IMG/VR virus record: IMGVR_UViG_3300032215_000092
Coordinates: 1-55,778 of that record
DNA: 55,778 nt
Reading direction: 5' to 3' (one strand)
DNA from: a virus
Lineage: Duplodnaviria; Caudoviricetes
Below, piece after piece: positions 38,201 through 47,795 of the stretch. The notes beneath the pieces were generated by a model. It did not search any database. It was not told the DNA's origin and saw only the letters and a program-made list of their open reading frames with translations. The translations under genes were made by a program, and so were the position numbers. Each line of letters begins with the position of its first letter. The first letter of the stretch is position 1.

Positions 38201-41200
38201 CTCAGTTTGTCCAAGCTATTGCCGATATGTTGGGCCTTAGAGATACTAGCGCACTGACGGAATTGCTAGATATCTACAGCGCAATGTTGCAAGAGGGTCC
38301 GCCCTCGCCTACCAAGACTGCCGCTGAATCTACAAAATCTTTTTTGATTGGCGTTCCTCCTCAGAACAACAACTACCCCCTAGCCGCTGACGATCTACCT
38401 GACAACGCCAAGGTCCCCCCTACGGTATCGACACCACCAGCCGCTACCCCACAACGGGGCGTAGATCTAGCGATGCAAGGGCCAGCTAATTCGTACCTTA
38501 AAGCTGCCACAGATAGCGAGCTTTACATTAATGCCATGGATCAAGTGGGGCGTTCAGCCCTGTCTTTGCAACCACTATGGTATATCGCTGATACCGCACG
38601 GAAGCTAGGCTTTAAGCAGATTGGCGCAATTGAGAATGCTCTGCGTAAAGCTGGGGCAATGAAGAACACCATACTCAAGAGTAGCTCGGACTTCATGACC
38701 AAGGCGCTGGCAATTGCCAAGTCTGACCCTGTAGGTAAAAAGGCGATGGATGCCTTTGTGAACCGCGCGTCTGACCTTGCAATTGACGTGACCCTTAGCA
38801 AGGACCCGTCCCCAGAATTTATCCAAGCTCGTCCTGACTCGGTTGCTGACTACATCTCCCTGCGTGCCGAATACGACAAGCTACATCCTAAGTTTCAGAA
38901 GCTAGCGTCGGACCTTGTTGACCAATACCGACAGTTTCGTAATGAGTATTTTACGGCACTGAAGCGGTCTATACACGATCAGTATCAGTACGACCCCATG
39001 AGGGCAGAAAAAATTCTGTCTGGGTTGGAAGAGAAGTACAAACAGTTTAACGAAGCCTACACGCCATTCGTCCGCATAGGGGACTACTGGATTACGTACT
39101 TCAACCCCAACAACGGCAAGCCTGTCGCTGAGTCCTACACCAGTCTGGGTGCTCAGAAGACACGCCTCGATGAGTTGAAGAAGGCTGGCATCGTTCACGC
39201 CCAGTCATTCAAACAGACGGATTTCAGGAAATTTAGTTACAAGAGCGGTCCCGTCAATCAGTTCTTTGATGAGATCAAAGGCGATGTGGATAAGGCACTG
39301 CCTATCTATAAGGATGACCCTGCTGAAACAGTTGACCGCATCCGCGAAGCTCGTGAAGATATGAAGGAGCGTCTGTATCAGGCGTCCCTGCTGCTACACC
39401 CAGAGTCCTCTATGTTGCGGCAGTTCGGTCTCAAGCGTAAAGGTACGGCGGGTTACATCGAGGACACCCTCGCTGCGTTTGATCATAAGGCTCCGATCTA
39501 CGCCAGTCAGATCTCCCAAGTTGCGTACAAGGGTCAGATCGAGCATGAGATCGACAGCGCTCGCAAACAGAACGCCAGCAACCCCGACACAAAGATGAGT
39601 GACATCATCACGCACGTCGCCAAAATCGTCTATGGGGTAGACACAATCCGCGCAGATGATCCTCTGAATCAGATTGCCAACAACGTGAACCGGTTGGGCT
39701 TCACGTTCTACATGGGCTTCAACCCTGCATCGGCTCTCGTAAACTTATTGCAGACACCCACCGTTATGTTCCCGCTGCTGGCTGGCGAGTTTCACAAGCT
39801 GGGTCAAAGCAAGATCATGAACACTTTGTTTGGTTCCCTGACCAAAGTCATAGGTGGTTCGGTAGGTGAGCAGACGTACGGCGAGAAGTTGGTTGAGTCT
39901 GCGGAAGCTAAGATTGACGCCGCTGTTGCCAAGGGTAAGACTCGTGCGGAAGCTATTGCGGCCCTACCCGAGATGGAGCGCGTGTTCCTCTCGTTCCGTG
40001 ATCAAGGCATCCTCAATGCCGGTGACCCCAGCCATGACTTCGGTTCTGTAACTAAGCATGGATCGGGTGAAACTTCCGCGTTTGGTAAAGGTACTCGTGC
40101 CTTCACTAAATACTCCGCGATCATGTTCCAGCGGGCTGAAGCCATCAACCGTGAAGCCGGTGCACTTGCAACCTACCAACTGATGAAGCAGCGGTTGAGC
40201 GGAAAGGGGGACATGAGCAGCCAAGAGAAGTACGCCGAAGCAATCCGCAAGGCTACTGATATGGTCACAAGAGCGCATGGAGACTACCAACATGGTCTGG
40301 CTCCTAAAATCTTTTTGAGCCCGACGATGCGCGTCATCTTAATGTTCAAGAAATTCCCCGCTCACATGGCTGCGCTTTATGTGCGTCTCTTTAAAGATAT
40401 GTTTAGCAAGGCGGACCCTGAAGTTCGCAAGGTAGCGCGTATCCAGTTCGCTGGTCTGATGGGAATGTCCGGTCTCTTTGCCGGGACCATGGGTATGCCG
40501 TTCTACTACATCATCAGGGACATGATGAACCTCATGCTTGATGATGAAGATGACCCGTACGACTTCGACTTCGCCTTCTACAACTATCTGTCTGATATGT
40601 GGGGCCAGCCCATGGCTAACCGAATCACTCGTGGTTGGCTGGGTGATCTTGGCGGGGATGTTGCTAGTAAGGTTGGGTACGCAAGTTCTCCCCTTTTGGG
40701 AGGCACCAAGCAACTGCCATTTATTGGCGGCCTCTTGGGGCTACGTGACGGTAAGAACACTGCGTCTGCTGAAGATGATTTGAAGAACTACGTTGCCGAG
40801 GCAGCGGGTGCTTCTGCTGGTATGGCCCTACAGATTGCACGGGGTGTAGACAAGCTGGCTCAAGGCGACGTGTATCGGTTCTTGGAAGGCGTTACCCCCA
40901 TGGCTGGGCTACGCAACATCACCAAGGCCATCCGACTGAGCAAAGAGGGTGCGCTGACAACTCGCGGCGAGCCGATCATCGAAGACGTGTCCTTAACAGA
41001 GACCGCGCTTCAGGCAGTGGGCTTTACCCCACAGCGTTTGGCTGGTCAGTACCAACTCAACGCTTGGCAAAAAGATATGGAGAAACAGATTCTTGATCGT
41101 AGACAAGGCTTGATCAATCAAAAATTCAACGCCCGCGCGAAACGGGACTACGACACGGAATCTGATATCAACGATGAGATCAGCAAGTTCAACATGTTGA

Positions 41201-41352
41201 ACCCCGAGAAGGGTTTGCGGATTACTTCTGAGACGCTTGCCGCCTCGGCCCGCACCCGTGCCAAGCAGAGCAAGGAAACCAAGGCCGGTATCTACCTCTC
41301 CAAGCCATTCCGTCAGCGTTTTGCCGAAGTGCCGGTATACGCAGAGGAATAA
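35278..41352 (+). CDS. Large polyvalent/ejection protein with a zincin metallopeptidase-like domain
   Basis: 2024 aa, last late gene; HEIVH plus downstream 'SEFLAE'; Gly/Ala membrane-like N-terminal region; helical C-terminal region. Confidence 0.75.
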   Translation: MKIVNVPGAGPLSFPDSESDDSIYAKIAKIQEHLKQVDLATRPDPRDIPFSRVASNAFNRTGRGLGITAFNELPALGASLFGEDETAARLLDEGIAKRRALEEKYPTSQASFEGIRGLSDTGKFLLESGVEAVPTVAAIAGTGGIGALAGRGAAKYGVEAALARAAAQRGVGVEAAEAAAAAARSKATQTGLDVGLGAGSFGLNAPETFAGVYEETGKLAPGTAIGIGALKAALDGVLPARLLNQLGARGQAKLAEEIASRSTIVPDSFKLRLAKEIGKTAATEGVTEGVQEALDIFAEQLSGAPGGFSDPKNVDRMLLAAAKGAIGGTTIGAPGALVQTMRETPAKQPEYSLDETKKADSVGPGPAENLAAAMAKLKSTEGITEDEFNLLVENKVLTPESRASVKFAAPRTDPALEEQTNQATLEDAAQADQVAQAAAAQASLQQQQQQNQQAQQQQEQAQQQQQQNQQQQAQEAADLQAKQQAASEAAMAQREAEAQDRAAATQQAQQNVQPNAQPNVQADATPAPTVNPPSGASTAVSSEPGAGVPPAGVATSPPPRVAPAEQPSQQVGVGETAQPHPVAKPNQPFYDNRRIMVVADVNGTRVPFYLSTGRGNKQTVPSGKWYPFFGYGKDGWINKGTEEDINNFYGSPALKAKAEELNSTLGDIRHLDPAKGDLPFAWDGVSPIADWRKSNSLVVNPNEGFTPVNYDDVHEQGNKRYWDNILGTISKVERVPLEEAVNKVESKLESKPAQVTEEGAYEPVNDQFSIPREEFARALGIKSHGKTWMATEHNAELESAVIKGDMPAVIKALLGSKHPVVRDIARRAQAMERFIPSERVKVKLDDGRLREQEDFKGYPPGSIAGMFDSGPNTVFVNPVYAGSEHTIAHEIVHALTERIIKTPIPGRQLEAVNRLKKLYKDVLAKAEAVYKTKNIKELPYGLKSPSEFLAEGLSNPEFQYLLAALPHESKTSLWTQFVQAIADMLGLRDTSALTELLDIYSAMLQEGPPSPTKTAAESTKSFLIGVPPQNNNYPLAADDLPDNAKVPPTVSTPPAATPQRGVDLAMQGPANSYLKAATDSELYINAMDQVGRSALSLQPLWYIADTARKLGFKQIGAIENALRKAGAMKNTILKSSSDFMTKALAIAKSDPVGKKAMDAFVNRASDLAIDVTLSKDPSPEFIQARPDSVADYISLRAEYDKLHPKFQKLASDLVDQYRQFRNEYFTALKRSIHDQYQYDPMRAEKILSGLEEKYKQFNEAYTPFVRIGDYWITYFNPNNGKPVAESYTSLGAQKTRLDELKKAGIVHAQSFKQTDFRKFSYKSGPVNQFFDEIKGDVDKALPIYKDDPAETVDRIREAREDMKERLYQASLLLHPESSMLRQFGLKRKGTAGYIEDTLAAFDHKAPIYASQISQVAYKGQIEHEIDSARKQNASNPDTKMSDIITHVAKIVYGVDTIRADDPLNQIANNVNRLGFTFYMGFNPASALVNLLQTPTVMFPLLAGEFHKLGQSKIMNTLFGSLTKVIGGSVGEQTYGEKLVESAEAKIDAAVAKGKTRAEAIAALPEMERVFLSFRDQGILNAGDPSHDFGSVTKHGSGETSAFGKGTRAFTKYSAIMFQRAEAINREAGALATYQLMKQRLSGKGDMSSQEKYAEAIRKATDMVTRAHGDYQHGLAPKIFLSPTMRVILMFKKFPAHMAALYVRLFKDMFSKADPEVRKVARIQFAGLMGMSGLFAGTMGMPFYYIIRDMMNLMLDDEDDPYDFDFAFYNYLSDMWGQPMANRITRGWLGDLGGDVASKVGYASSPLLGGTKQLPFIGGLLGLRDGKNTASAEDDLKNYVAEAAGASAGMALQIARGVDKLAQGDVYRFLEGVTPMAGLRNITKAIRLSKEGALTTRGEPIIEDVSLTETALQAVGFTPQRLAGQYQLNAWQKDMEKQILDRRQGLINQKFNARAKRDYDTESDINDEISKFNMLNPEKGLRITSETLAASARTRAKQSKETKAGIYLSKPFRQRFAEVPVYAEE

Positions 41353-41386
41353 AAAAACCCCGATGCCGTCCTTGAACATCGGGGTT
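41351..41386 (-). terminator. Rho-independent terminator between the convergent arms
   Basis: On the - strand: AACCCCGATG-11 nt-CATCGGGGTT-TTTTT. Confidence 0.8.
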
Positions 41387-41418
41387 AACCCTTGGAGAAG
41401 GGAGAGGAGAGAGAGCAA

Positions 41419-44259
41419 TCAGCCCGCAGTATCCCCTAAATTTGGTACAGCATCAAGTACTAAAGGGTCCATACCGGCCTTGTCCATATCAATCTCTAGT
41501 GCCTCAACTGCCGTGGCAGTGATGTGCGTACCCTTGCTAAGCCTTTTCTTGACGTTGTTCAAGTAGATACCAGCGTCACCTAGCTCCTTCAACACTTCCT
41601 TGTACGTCAACTGCTGGCGCGTGCAGAAGTCACGCATTCCTCTGGCAGAGATGTACATGCGCTTGGTGTCTGGCTCGATGCGAACGATGAGGTCACTACG
41701 GGGTTCTCGGATTGCAGCCTCGGGTAATCCGGAACGTAACGAAGAATTCTCGTTAATAATCAGTATGTTAGCCATGTGCTCGTTGATAAATTCTCCTAGA
41801 GTTGATAACGCATCCCGACCCTTGACATTCATGGACGACTGCATCCGACTAAACTCATCCAAGGCCCACTCGTAGACCCTCTCCATGTTGTATTCCATCA
41901 GGCCCAAGTCACGCGCGATGTGCCCACCGGATAGGTTGGACGCTACTGTTGCAGACCAGAACCGCTCCCGACTCGTGTAATTCAGAGCCTTGTCCAGCTT
42001 CTCTTGAATACGCATACGTAGGGAGTTAGCCTTGTCCCTGTTGGCAACCACCCACTGCATGTAGGGAACTCCGGCGTGTCCGTAGTTCTCAGCCAGCTTG
42101 CTAAACAATCTATCAGCTTCTGCCTTATCTAGATTGCCAACCCGGTCGATCTTATATTCGATGATCCGCATGGACTCCCCGTCAGGGAACGCCTTCAGTT
42201 GTAGCAACTTGTCGTAGAGCGATGCGTTGGAGGTGCACAGCATGATCATCGACCAGCGAGTGTGGTTGACCCGCTCAGAGTTAGATTGACTCTGCATCCG
42301 GTTCTTACCCCGGCCATGGGTGACGGTATAGGAAGTATCTGAGATCAACTCAGACTTCATGTTCGTTATTTCGTCCAGCGTCCCGGCGACGTTAGACAAG
42401 ACCCCCATGCGATGTATCCGGGCGTTCTGCGTATCGTCTGCCAGCATCATCAGATCGGTAGGGTGTCCGAAGACTGAGTTGCACATCCCCAGAATCGTGG
42501 ACTTGCCGGTTCCTGACTCGTTGTTTAGCAGGTTGATGATCGACCCGCGATGGCCGGTGAATTTAAATAGTGGACTGCCAAACGCAGTACAGGCAGCGAA
42601 TGCGTGTGGCTCAAACCCCGGTCTGTTGTATATGTTAAAGACATCCTGCCAACCTTTGAGGGTGCCCTTGGGCTCAAACATGGGTGTGACGTTCTTGGTC
42701 TGTACGGATGGCGGGGTGTAGATCACACCCGTGGGCGTAATCTCTGACTCCCCAACTACGAACGACTCGTCGTTCTCGGTCCAGCCAAAATGCGTATGTG
42801 CTTTCAATGCTTTCTCTGACACTTGCAACTCCTTTAGTACTCTGGTTATGTAACTCATGATGTTGTCCATCTGCTTGCCGTAGGCGAAGACTCCGTTAGA
42901 AGCCAGCAGATCCCTGCACTTGTCTTTTGATAGCAGGTCGCCAACCGGGGTAGTAAATTGGCGCAGACCGTCGCGGGGTAGATGTAGCCGTAGCCACGCT
43001 ATCTCCCCAACCCCTTGCTCGTATAGCCGTTGTGTTACAAAAAAATCGTGTTCGTAAACGCATGTTTCTTTCTCGCTATCTCCATCCTTCTCCTTCCAAA
43101 TACCCCCTGCCTTACCACGAAAGTAGGGCCATGGTAGCGACGGGATCTGATACTGAACCGCAATTCCTGCGGAGTTAAACGCCGCAACGGTAGTCCCCGG
43201 TTCGGCTTTCTCAATGAGTACCCCTAGCTGGATCGGACTCGTGATCTTTCCGTAGTGGGGGCAACTCTGACATACCCCCGGTGCTAGGGTGTCAAAGGTT
43301 TTACAGACATACGGTCCCTTGGTCTTCTCTGCTTTCTGCCTAGTCTCATCTGCATCGTAGTTCGGGTGATCCTTCGACATCTTGTGGATGGAAGTCTCAG
43401 CGTCGTCGCAGTACCATGCAATCGACAGCCCCGCTCGCCACATCGGCTCAGCAACCGACGCTTGATCGGTGACTATGTGCTTGATGTGAGCACACCCCTC
43501 ATCTTGCAAACTACGTTTAGCAATCAGGGAAAACTTGGTTGCCTTATTATTAAGCAACGCCTTCGTGGCTTCATCTAACTGACGGCGCGGACCCAGCTTA
43601 CTATCGGGCTTCGATACTGCCAGCCCCTTCTCTTTCAGCGTCGTGACTTCGATGACGTTGAGCGGACGCACTGCCTGATGGATGATCCGCACGATGTTGC
43701 GGGAGGTGACGTGCGTAGTGCCCGGAACCCTGAGAATCCGTGATGCGTCCGTAGTACAGGCATTGTCGATGTCGAGCCCGTGCTGAGCCCCTAGTGCCGC
43801 TATACCCCGCGCGATGGGTTGCCACTCTTCCCTCGTGATCTCAGCTTCAAGCGGCCAGTACACATGCAAGCCACCGCCCGAGTCAACAACCCATGGATCA
43901 GGTAGTGCAGTGTCTGTAACAAATTTACGTAGTGCTACCGCAGCTTCTGAGCGGTCTTTGTAGACAGCCGTTTCCTTATGGGATGGTGTCTCTTGTGTGT
44001 CTATATCAAACCATACAGCCTTGGCATAGGCCGCGTTGTCAGTCTCCCGACTGTCACCGTTCGTGAACGAACTCAGTGCGAAGTAAGTGTTTAGCCCCCT
44101 GCTTTCAAAATCTAACGCCCCCTGCTCTAGCTCTGCAAAGTTGCTTGCGGCTCTATGCAGGACGACCGCTTTCTTCGGACCATTGGCTTTCTTGATTCCA
44201 ACGGCGAAGTAAATGCCATGCCCCGGCCCGGGCAGGACCGCCCTAAATAGCGACTGCAT
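41419..44259 (-). CDS. Primase-helicase (N-terminal primase, DUF927 and P-loop domain)
   Basis: 'WFDID', 'SGGGLHVYW', 'RILRVPGT', 'HFGW', Walker A 'ESGTGKST', 'LDE'. Confidence 0.85.
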   Translation of the reverse strand: MQSLFRAVLPGPGHGIYFAVGIKKANGPKKAVVLHRAASNFAELEQGALDFESRGLNTYFALSSFTNGDSRETDNAAYAKAVWFDIDTQETPSHKETAVYKDRSEAAVALRKFVTDTALPDPWVVDSGGGLHVYWPLEAEITREEWQPIARGIAALGAQHGLDIDNACTTDASRILRVPGTTHVTSRNIVRIIHQAVRPLNVIEVTTLKEKGLAVSKPDSKLGPRRQLDEATKALLNNKATKFSLIAKRSLQDEGCAHIKHIVTDQASVAEPMWRAGLSIAWYCDDAETSIHKMSKDHPNYDADETRQKAEKTKGPYVCKTFDTLAPGVCQSCPHYGKITSPIQLGVLIEKAEPGTTVAAFNSAGIAVQYQIPSLPWPYFRGKAGGIWKEKDGDSEKETCVYEHDFFVTQRLYEQGVGEIAWLRLHLPRDGLRQFTTPVGDLLSKDKCRDLLASNGVFAYGKQMDNIMSYITRVLKELQVSEKALKAHTHFGWTENDESFVVGESEITPTGVIYTPPSVQTKNVTPMFEPKGTLKGWQDVFNIYNRPGFEPHAFAACTAFGSPLFKFTGHRGSIINLLNNESGTGKSTILGMCNSVFGHPTDLMMLADDTQNARIHRMGVLSNVAGTLDEITNMKSELISDTSYTVTHGRGKNRMQSQSNSERVNHTRWSMIMLCTSNASLYDKLLQLKAFPDGESMRIIEYKIDRVGNLDKAEADRLFSKLAENYGHAGVPYMQWVVANRDKANSLRMRIQEKLDKALNYTSRERFWSATVASNLSGGHIARDLGLMEYNMERVYEWALDEFSRMQSSMNVKGRDALSTLGEFINEHMANILIINENSSLRSGLPEAAIREPRSDLIVRIEPDTKRMYISARGMRDFCTRQQLTYKEVLKELGDAGIYLNNVKKRLSKGTHITATAVEALEIDMDKAGMDPLVLDAVPNLGDTAG

Positions 44260-44260
44260 A

Positions 44261-44503
44261 TCACCACTCGATATTGTGGAAGTCTGATATTAGTTCTTGA
44301 ATCCTCGGTAAGTGAAGGTTCTTGTTAGGAAGCGTCCGTCCTGTAAACCACATATAGACAGTCATGCGGGACACTTTGAGATGACGGGCAACTTTAGCGG
44401 CGGGGATGTCACGATCAACACAGAGCAAGCCAAGTCTCACACCCAATTTTTCGGGGTCAGCTTTCTTGACTTGATCTACAAATTTTATGCTGTAGCCAAG
44501 CAT
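44261..44503 (-). CDS. Helix-turn-helix DNA-binding protein
   Basis: 'AAKVARHLKVSRMTVYMWFTG'; ATG at 44503 with AGGA RBS. Confidence 0.8.
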   Translation of the reverse strand: MLGYSIKFVDQVKKADPEKLGVRLGLLCVDRDIPAAKVARHLKVSRMTVYMWFTGRTLPNKNLHLPRIQELISDFHNIEW

Positions 44504-44518
44504 GATGGTCCTTGAAGG

Positions 44519-44547
44519 GGAGATGTAAAGCAATGCTTTACATCTCC
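44519..44547. promoter_or_regulatory. 14-bp perfect inverted repeat (operator or hairpin) between the RHH and HTH genes
   Basis: GGAGATGTAAAGCA-A-TGCTTTACATCTCC. Confidence 0.65.
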
Positions 44548-44554
44548 AGAGGTC

Positions 44555-44857
44555 TTAATGAGCGAGGCCGTTCGCCCCCACCCTGCGTGCGTCTGCTTTA
44601 GCTTTAGCCGCAACCGCGAGCCTGAGTCCCTGCTCCCGCATCTGAGCCCGACGCTCAGGAGAGATTAACATAGGCCGACGCTCTTTCTTCTCGGTAAAGT
44701 CCAACGCCTTTGGGGCCACCGTCCCGTTCTTGGCTTCGTAGGTCGAGGCCCAGTAAGCGAGTTGCTGATTAAACGTACGTATCTCGATTGCGGCGATCCC
44801 CGCAATCTTCTTGGCGATTTGCTCTTCAATGATCAATTTTACTTTTGGCTGTTTCAT
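44555..44857 (-). CDS. Ribbon-helix-helix-like DNA-binding protein (putative)
   Basis: 'KVKLIIEEQIAKKIAGIAAIEIRTFNQQLAYWA' resembles the Arc/ParD-like RHH pattern; basic tail. Confidence 0.5.
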   Translation of the reverse strand: MKQPKVKLIIEEQIAKKIAGIAAIEIRTFNQQLAYWASTYEAKNGTVAPKALDFTEKKERRPMLISPERRAQMREQGLRLAVAAKAKADARRVGANGLAH

Positions 44858-44915
44858 GATTACTCAAAGTTAAGGAAATGCCGGGTAGGACCCAACCCGG
44901 CGTGGGTTCGGACTC

Positions 44916-45803
44916 TTATTCCTCGTCGTCCCAGCGGCTCATAACATCATCAGCCGTTTTGGGTTTCGGAGCTTCGGGCTTGGCGCGTTTGATAGGCGGT
45001 TTGATTGGAGGAGTAGCTTCCTCTTCCTCCTCTTCAACTTCAGGGGCGGGTGAGGCTTTCGGTTTCTCCTTCGGGGTTACGCCCGAAGTAGCGCCGTCAG
45101 TTTTGGCGGGGGTGAATGCAATTGCATTCTGTGCATCTTGCGTCTGCCCCTTGCCCTGCACGATCTCCCACTCCGACTCCTCCAAAGGACGCACTGCCTT
45201 GAAGAAAAGTTTAGGAGTAGCCGAGTCCGTATCGAACCGCATCTCGGTCACGACTGCGGTGATAGGAACCGAGTGTCCAGCCAGATAGCGCGTGTACGCT
45301 TCCAGCGGGAGCTTGCCACCTTCAGGCTTGCCGAACAGCGACGTGGCTGGGATAACAAGCTGATATACATCACCTTCGATATCGTTTGCCAACACCACTG
45401 CCAGACGGTGCGAGAACCGGCAAGCGCGTGACGTACCCTGCCCACTACCTGCGATATTCTGCGGACAGTTTGCACAGGTCTTTGCCTGAGGTTTTTCAGA
45501 CTCGGCGTCTGGCTTGACCCCATCGTTGCTGAAACATGCGGGAAGAACTTTCTCCCCTTCCTCATAGACCCCAGCGTAGAACGTGCGGCTATGTGAAGGC
45601 GCGGCGGCGGCAATCACCACCTGCATGAAGCGATCATCAGACTTGGCAATCTCTTGCCCACCAACGATCATACGAAACACCGACCCACGGATCGAAATCC
45701 GCTTAGCCTGTGAGCCACCCATGAGGGCTTTCGTGGTGCTATCCATCTGCATAGAACGCAGGTAGGATGGCAGGTTTCCCTTGAATAGAGCTAGTTCGCT
45801 CAT
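44916..45803 (-). CDS. ssDNA-binding/annealing protein (putative)
   Basis: Replication-module position; 'CANCPQN..GS...RAC' Zn motif; acidic/Pro tail ending WDDEE. Confidence 0.55.
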   Translation of the reverse strand: MSELALFKGNLPSYLRSMQMDSTTKALMGGSQAKRISIRGSVFRMIVGGQEIAKSDDRFMQVVIAAAAPSHSRTFYAGVYEEGEKVLPACFSNDGVKPDAESEKPQAKTCANCPQNIAGSGQGTSRACRFSHRLAVVLANDIEGDVYQLVIPATSLFGKPEGGKLPLEAYTRYLAGHSVPITAVVTEMRFDTDSATPKLFFKAVRPLEESEWEIVQGKGQTQDAQNAIAFTPAKTDGATSGVTPKEKPKASPAPEVEEEEEEATPPIKPPIKRAKPEAPKPKTADDVMSRWDDEE

Positions 45804-46189
45804 TTTGATGCTCTCCTGACAGTAATGTCATAGCGGTTATCGACGTTCAGACCCTTGGGCATCAGATTGGGATTCTCTTGGAGAAACTCTTTCATGTTGC
45901 CCTGATGAATGCGCTTTTCCAGAAGGCCAAGCTCACCCGAATTTGCGACTAGCTCGTACATCGCGTCCCAGTCCGAAGTCCAGTAGCGAGTCCTAACCGT
46001 TCGCATCACCGTGCCGCCACTCGTTTTCAAAGTGTCTGCGCCGGTATCCTTGCAGATCTCTAGAAGCTGGTGGGAGATGACCTCCAACTGCTCCGCAAGC
46101 TCTGCGTCTTCCTCTTCAAATTTGCTCTTTAGAGCGTTACGGGCGTCGCGTATCTTGACGTACACCCTTGCTAACTTGTCTGCTGACAT
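45800..46189 (-). CDS. Conserved replication-module protein
   Basis: Coiled coil then 'LKTSGGTV...DWDA...P.GL'; AGGAG RBS. Confidence 0.65.
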   Translation of the reverse strand: MSADKLARVYVKIRDARNALKSKFEEEDAELAEQLEVISHQLLEICKDTGADTLKTSGGTVMRTVRTRYWTSDWDAMYELVANSGELGLLEKRIHQGNMKEFLQENPNLMPKGLNVDNRYDITVRRASK

Positions 46190-46214
46190 TTGTTTTCTCC
46201 TCTAGTGAGTTGAC

Positions 46215-46243
46215 ACTGTACACCGACTATTTGGCAGTGTCAA
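46215..46243 (-). promoter_or_regulatory. Sigma70 promoter for the downstream replication genes
   Basis: - strand TTGACA (46243-46238), 17 bp, TACAGT (46220-46215). Confidence 0.65.
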
Positions 46244-47789
46244 GCACTTCTTCACGATAGAGACCAACTATTTTTGCGTGTACGTCCTCGCGCTCACGGA
46301 GCATCTTGTAGATCTTGCGCTCGACCGAGCTTCCAACAATGTGGATGACGGTCACGGGGTGCTTCTGCCCAGCCCTATGCACCCGAGCGTTCGCTTGTAG
46401 GTATGTCTCTAAGGACATCGTGGGTCCGTACCACACCACCGTATCAGCGGCAGTAAGTGTTACCCCATGCGCGGCGGCTTGGGGTTGGATGATCAGAACC
46501 TTGGGGTCTGGCGTGGTCTGAAAGGTCTTAAATATGTCAGTCCTCTTCCCTGCCGACACCGCGCCTGATATAACTTCCGAGGTAAACCCGTCTTTGGAAA
46601 GGTGCTCTTGGACTAGCTCAATAGCGTTCTTGAAGGGGACGAACACCAACACCTTGTTGCTTGTCTCTGTAATAATTTCAGACAACACGTTCAGCCGCGA
46701 CGATGCGTCGAAGTTCACGCTTTCTCTTGAGTCTGTGTACACCGTGCCACACGCCATCTGGAGTAGCTTGTTCATAAGAACTGCGGCGTTGACTGCACTA
46801 ATCTCCTCGTCAGCAGCGGAGACCATGTTGTGGACCAGCATACTTTTGTAGTACGCCTGTTGTGTCTTGGTCATCGGTACGTCTCGGTCAACGTACGTCA
46901 TATCGGGCAGGTCTAGGCAGTCGGCTTTCAAGAATCGGATCGCTGGCTGCAACACCCTGTGCACAATATCTTTAGCGTTGTCCCTTGGCAGGTAGCGGTA
47001 CTGCGTCAGGCGGTACATCACCATATCGCGGAACACCCCTGCAAACTTAGGCACGTTGGTTGGGTTGACCAGACGGGCTAGACCGAATGCGTCCACGGGA
47101 GATTGCGCGGCGGGTGTGCCTGTGAGCATCCACAACCAGCGGTTCTGATTGACCAGCCGGTTCATAGCCTTCCAACGCTTGGTGGTTGCAGTCTTGTATG
47201 CGGACGCCTCGTCGATGACGATCAGATCAAACTCAGCCGCATCAATTTCTTTCTCGACGATCTCGATACCGTCGTAGTTGATGATGACGAACTCAGCGCC
47301 ACCGTCTATAATCTTCCTGCGTTTTTCTGGAGAGCCATGCGCCACGTCCACCGTGCGGTGCATAGCAAACTTAAAGAGGTCCGACTGCCATGCCGATTGC
47401 ATGATGGACAGGGGGCATACCACCAAGACCCTACGCAGGAAGCCTAGTGACATGAGGTAGTCAGCCGCCCAGATTACGCTACCCGTTTTGCCCGTGCCCT
47501 GCTCGTTGAAGCAGAAGGCACGCTTGTGCATGGTCAGGAACGCGGCGGTTTCTTTTTGGTGGGCGAAGGGCCTGTACACTCCCGGCCACTTGTAGTCCCG
47601 TTCGATGGGACTAGGTACGTTCTTTATCTTTAAGATCTTTAGCGCATGTATCTCAGGTATGCCCCACGGCACTAGCACCTGCGATATACCGTCTACTTCG
47701 TTTACTAGCTTACTTGTTTTTATTGCATCTAGAACTCTATCGGGCCTATTGAGATTAAGTAGTAGGCCCTTCCCCTCTAGTATTTCCAT
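46227..47789 (-). CDS. SNF2-family (SF2) helicase
   Basis: 'EQGTGKT', 'IDEAS', 'LTGTP', 'HGVTLT', 'QANARVHRAGQ'. Confidence 0.92.
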   Translation of the reverse strand: MEILEGKGLLLNLNRPDRVLDAIKTSKLVNEVDGISQVLVPWGIPEIHALKILKIKNVPSPIERDYKWPGVYRPFAHQKETAAFLTMHKRAFCFNEQGTGKTGSVIWAADYLMSLGFLRRVLVVCPLSIMQSAWQSDLFKFAMHRTVDVAHGSPEKRRKIIDGGAEFVIINYDGIEIVEKEIDAAEFDLIVIDEASAYKTATTKRWKAMNRLVNQNRWLWMLTGTPAAQSPVDAFGLARLVNPTNVPKFAGVFRDMVMYRLTQYRYLPRDNAKDIVHRVLQPAIRFLKADCLDLPDMTYVDRDVPMTKTQQAYYKSMLVHNMVSAADEEISAVNAAVLMNKLLQMACGTVYTDSRESVNFDASSRLNVLSEIITETSNKVLVFVPFKNAIELVQEHLSKDGFTSEVISGAVSAGKRTDIFKTFQTTPDPKVLIIQPQAAAHGVTLTAADTVVWYGPTMSLETYLQANARVHRAGQKHPVTVIHIVGSSVERKIYKMLREREDVHAKIVGLYREEVLDTAK

Positions 47790-47795
47790 GCTCTC

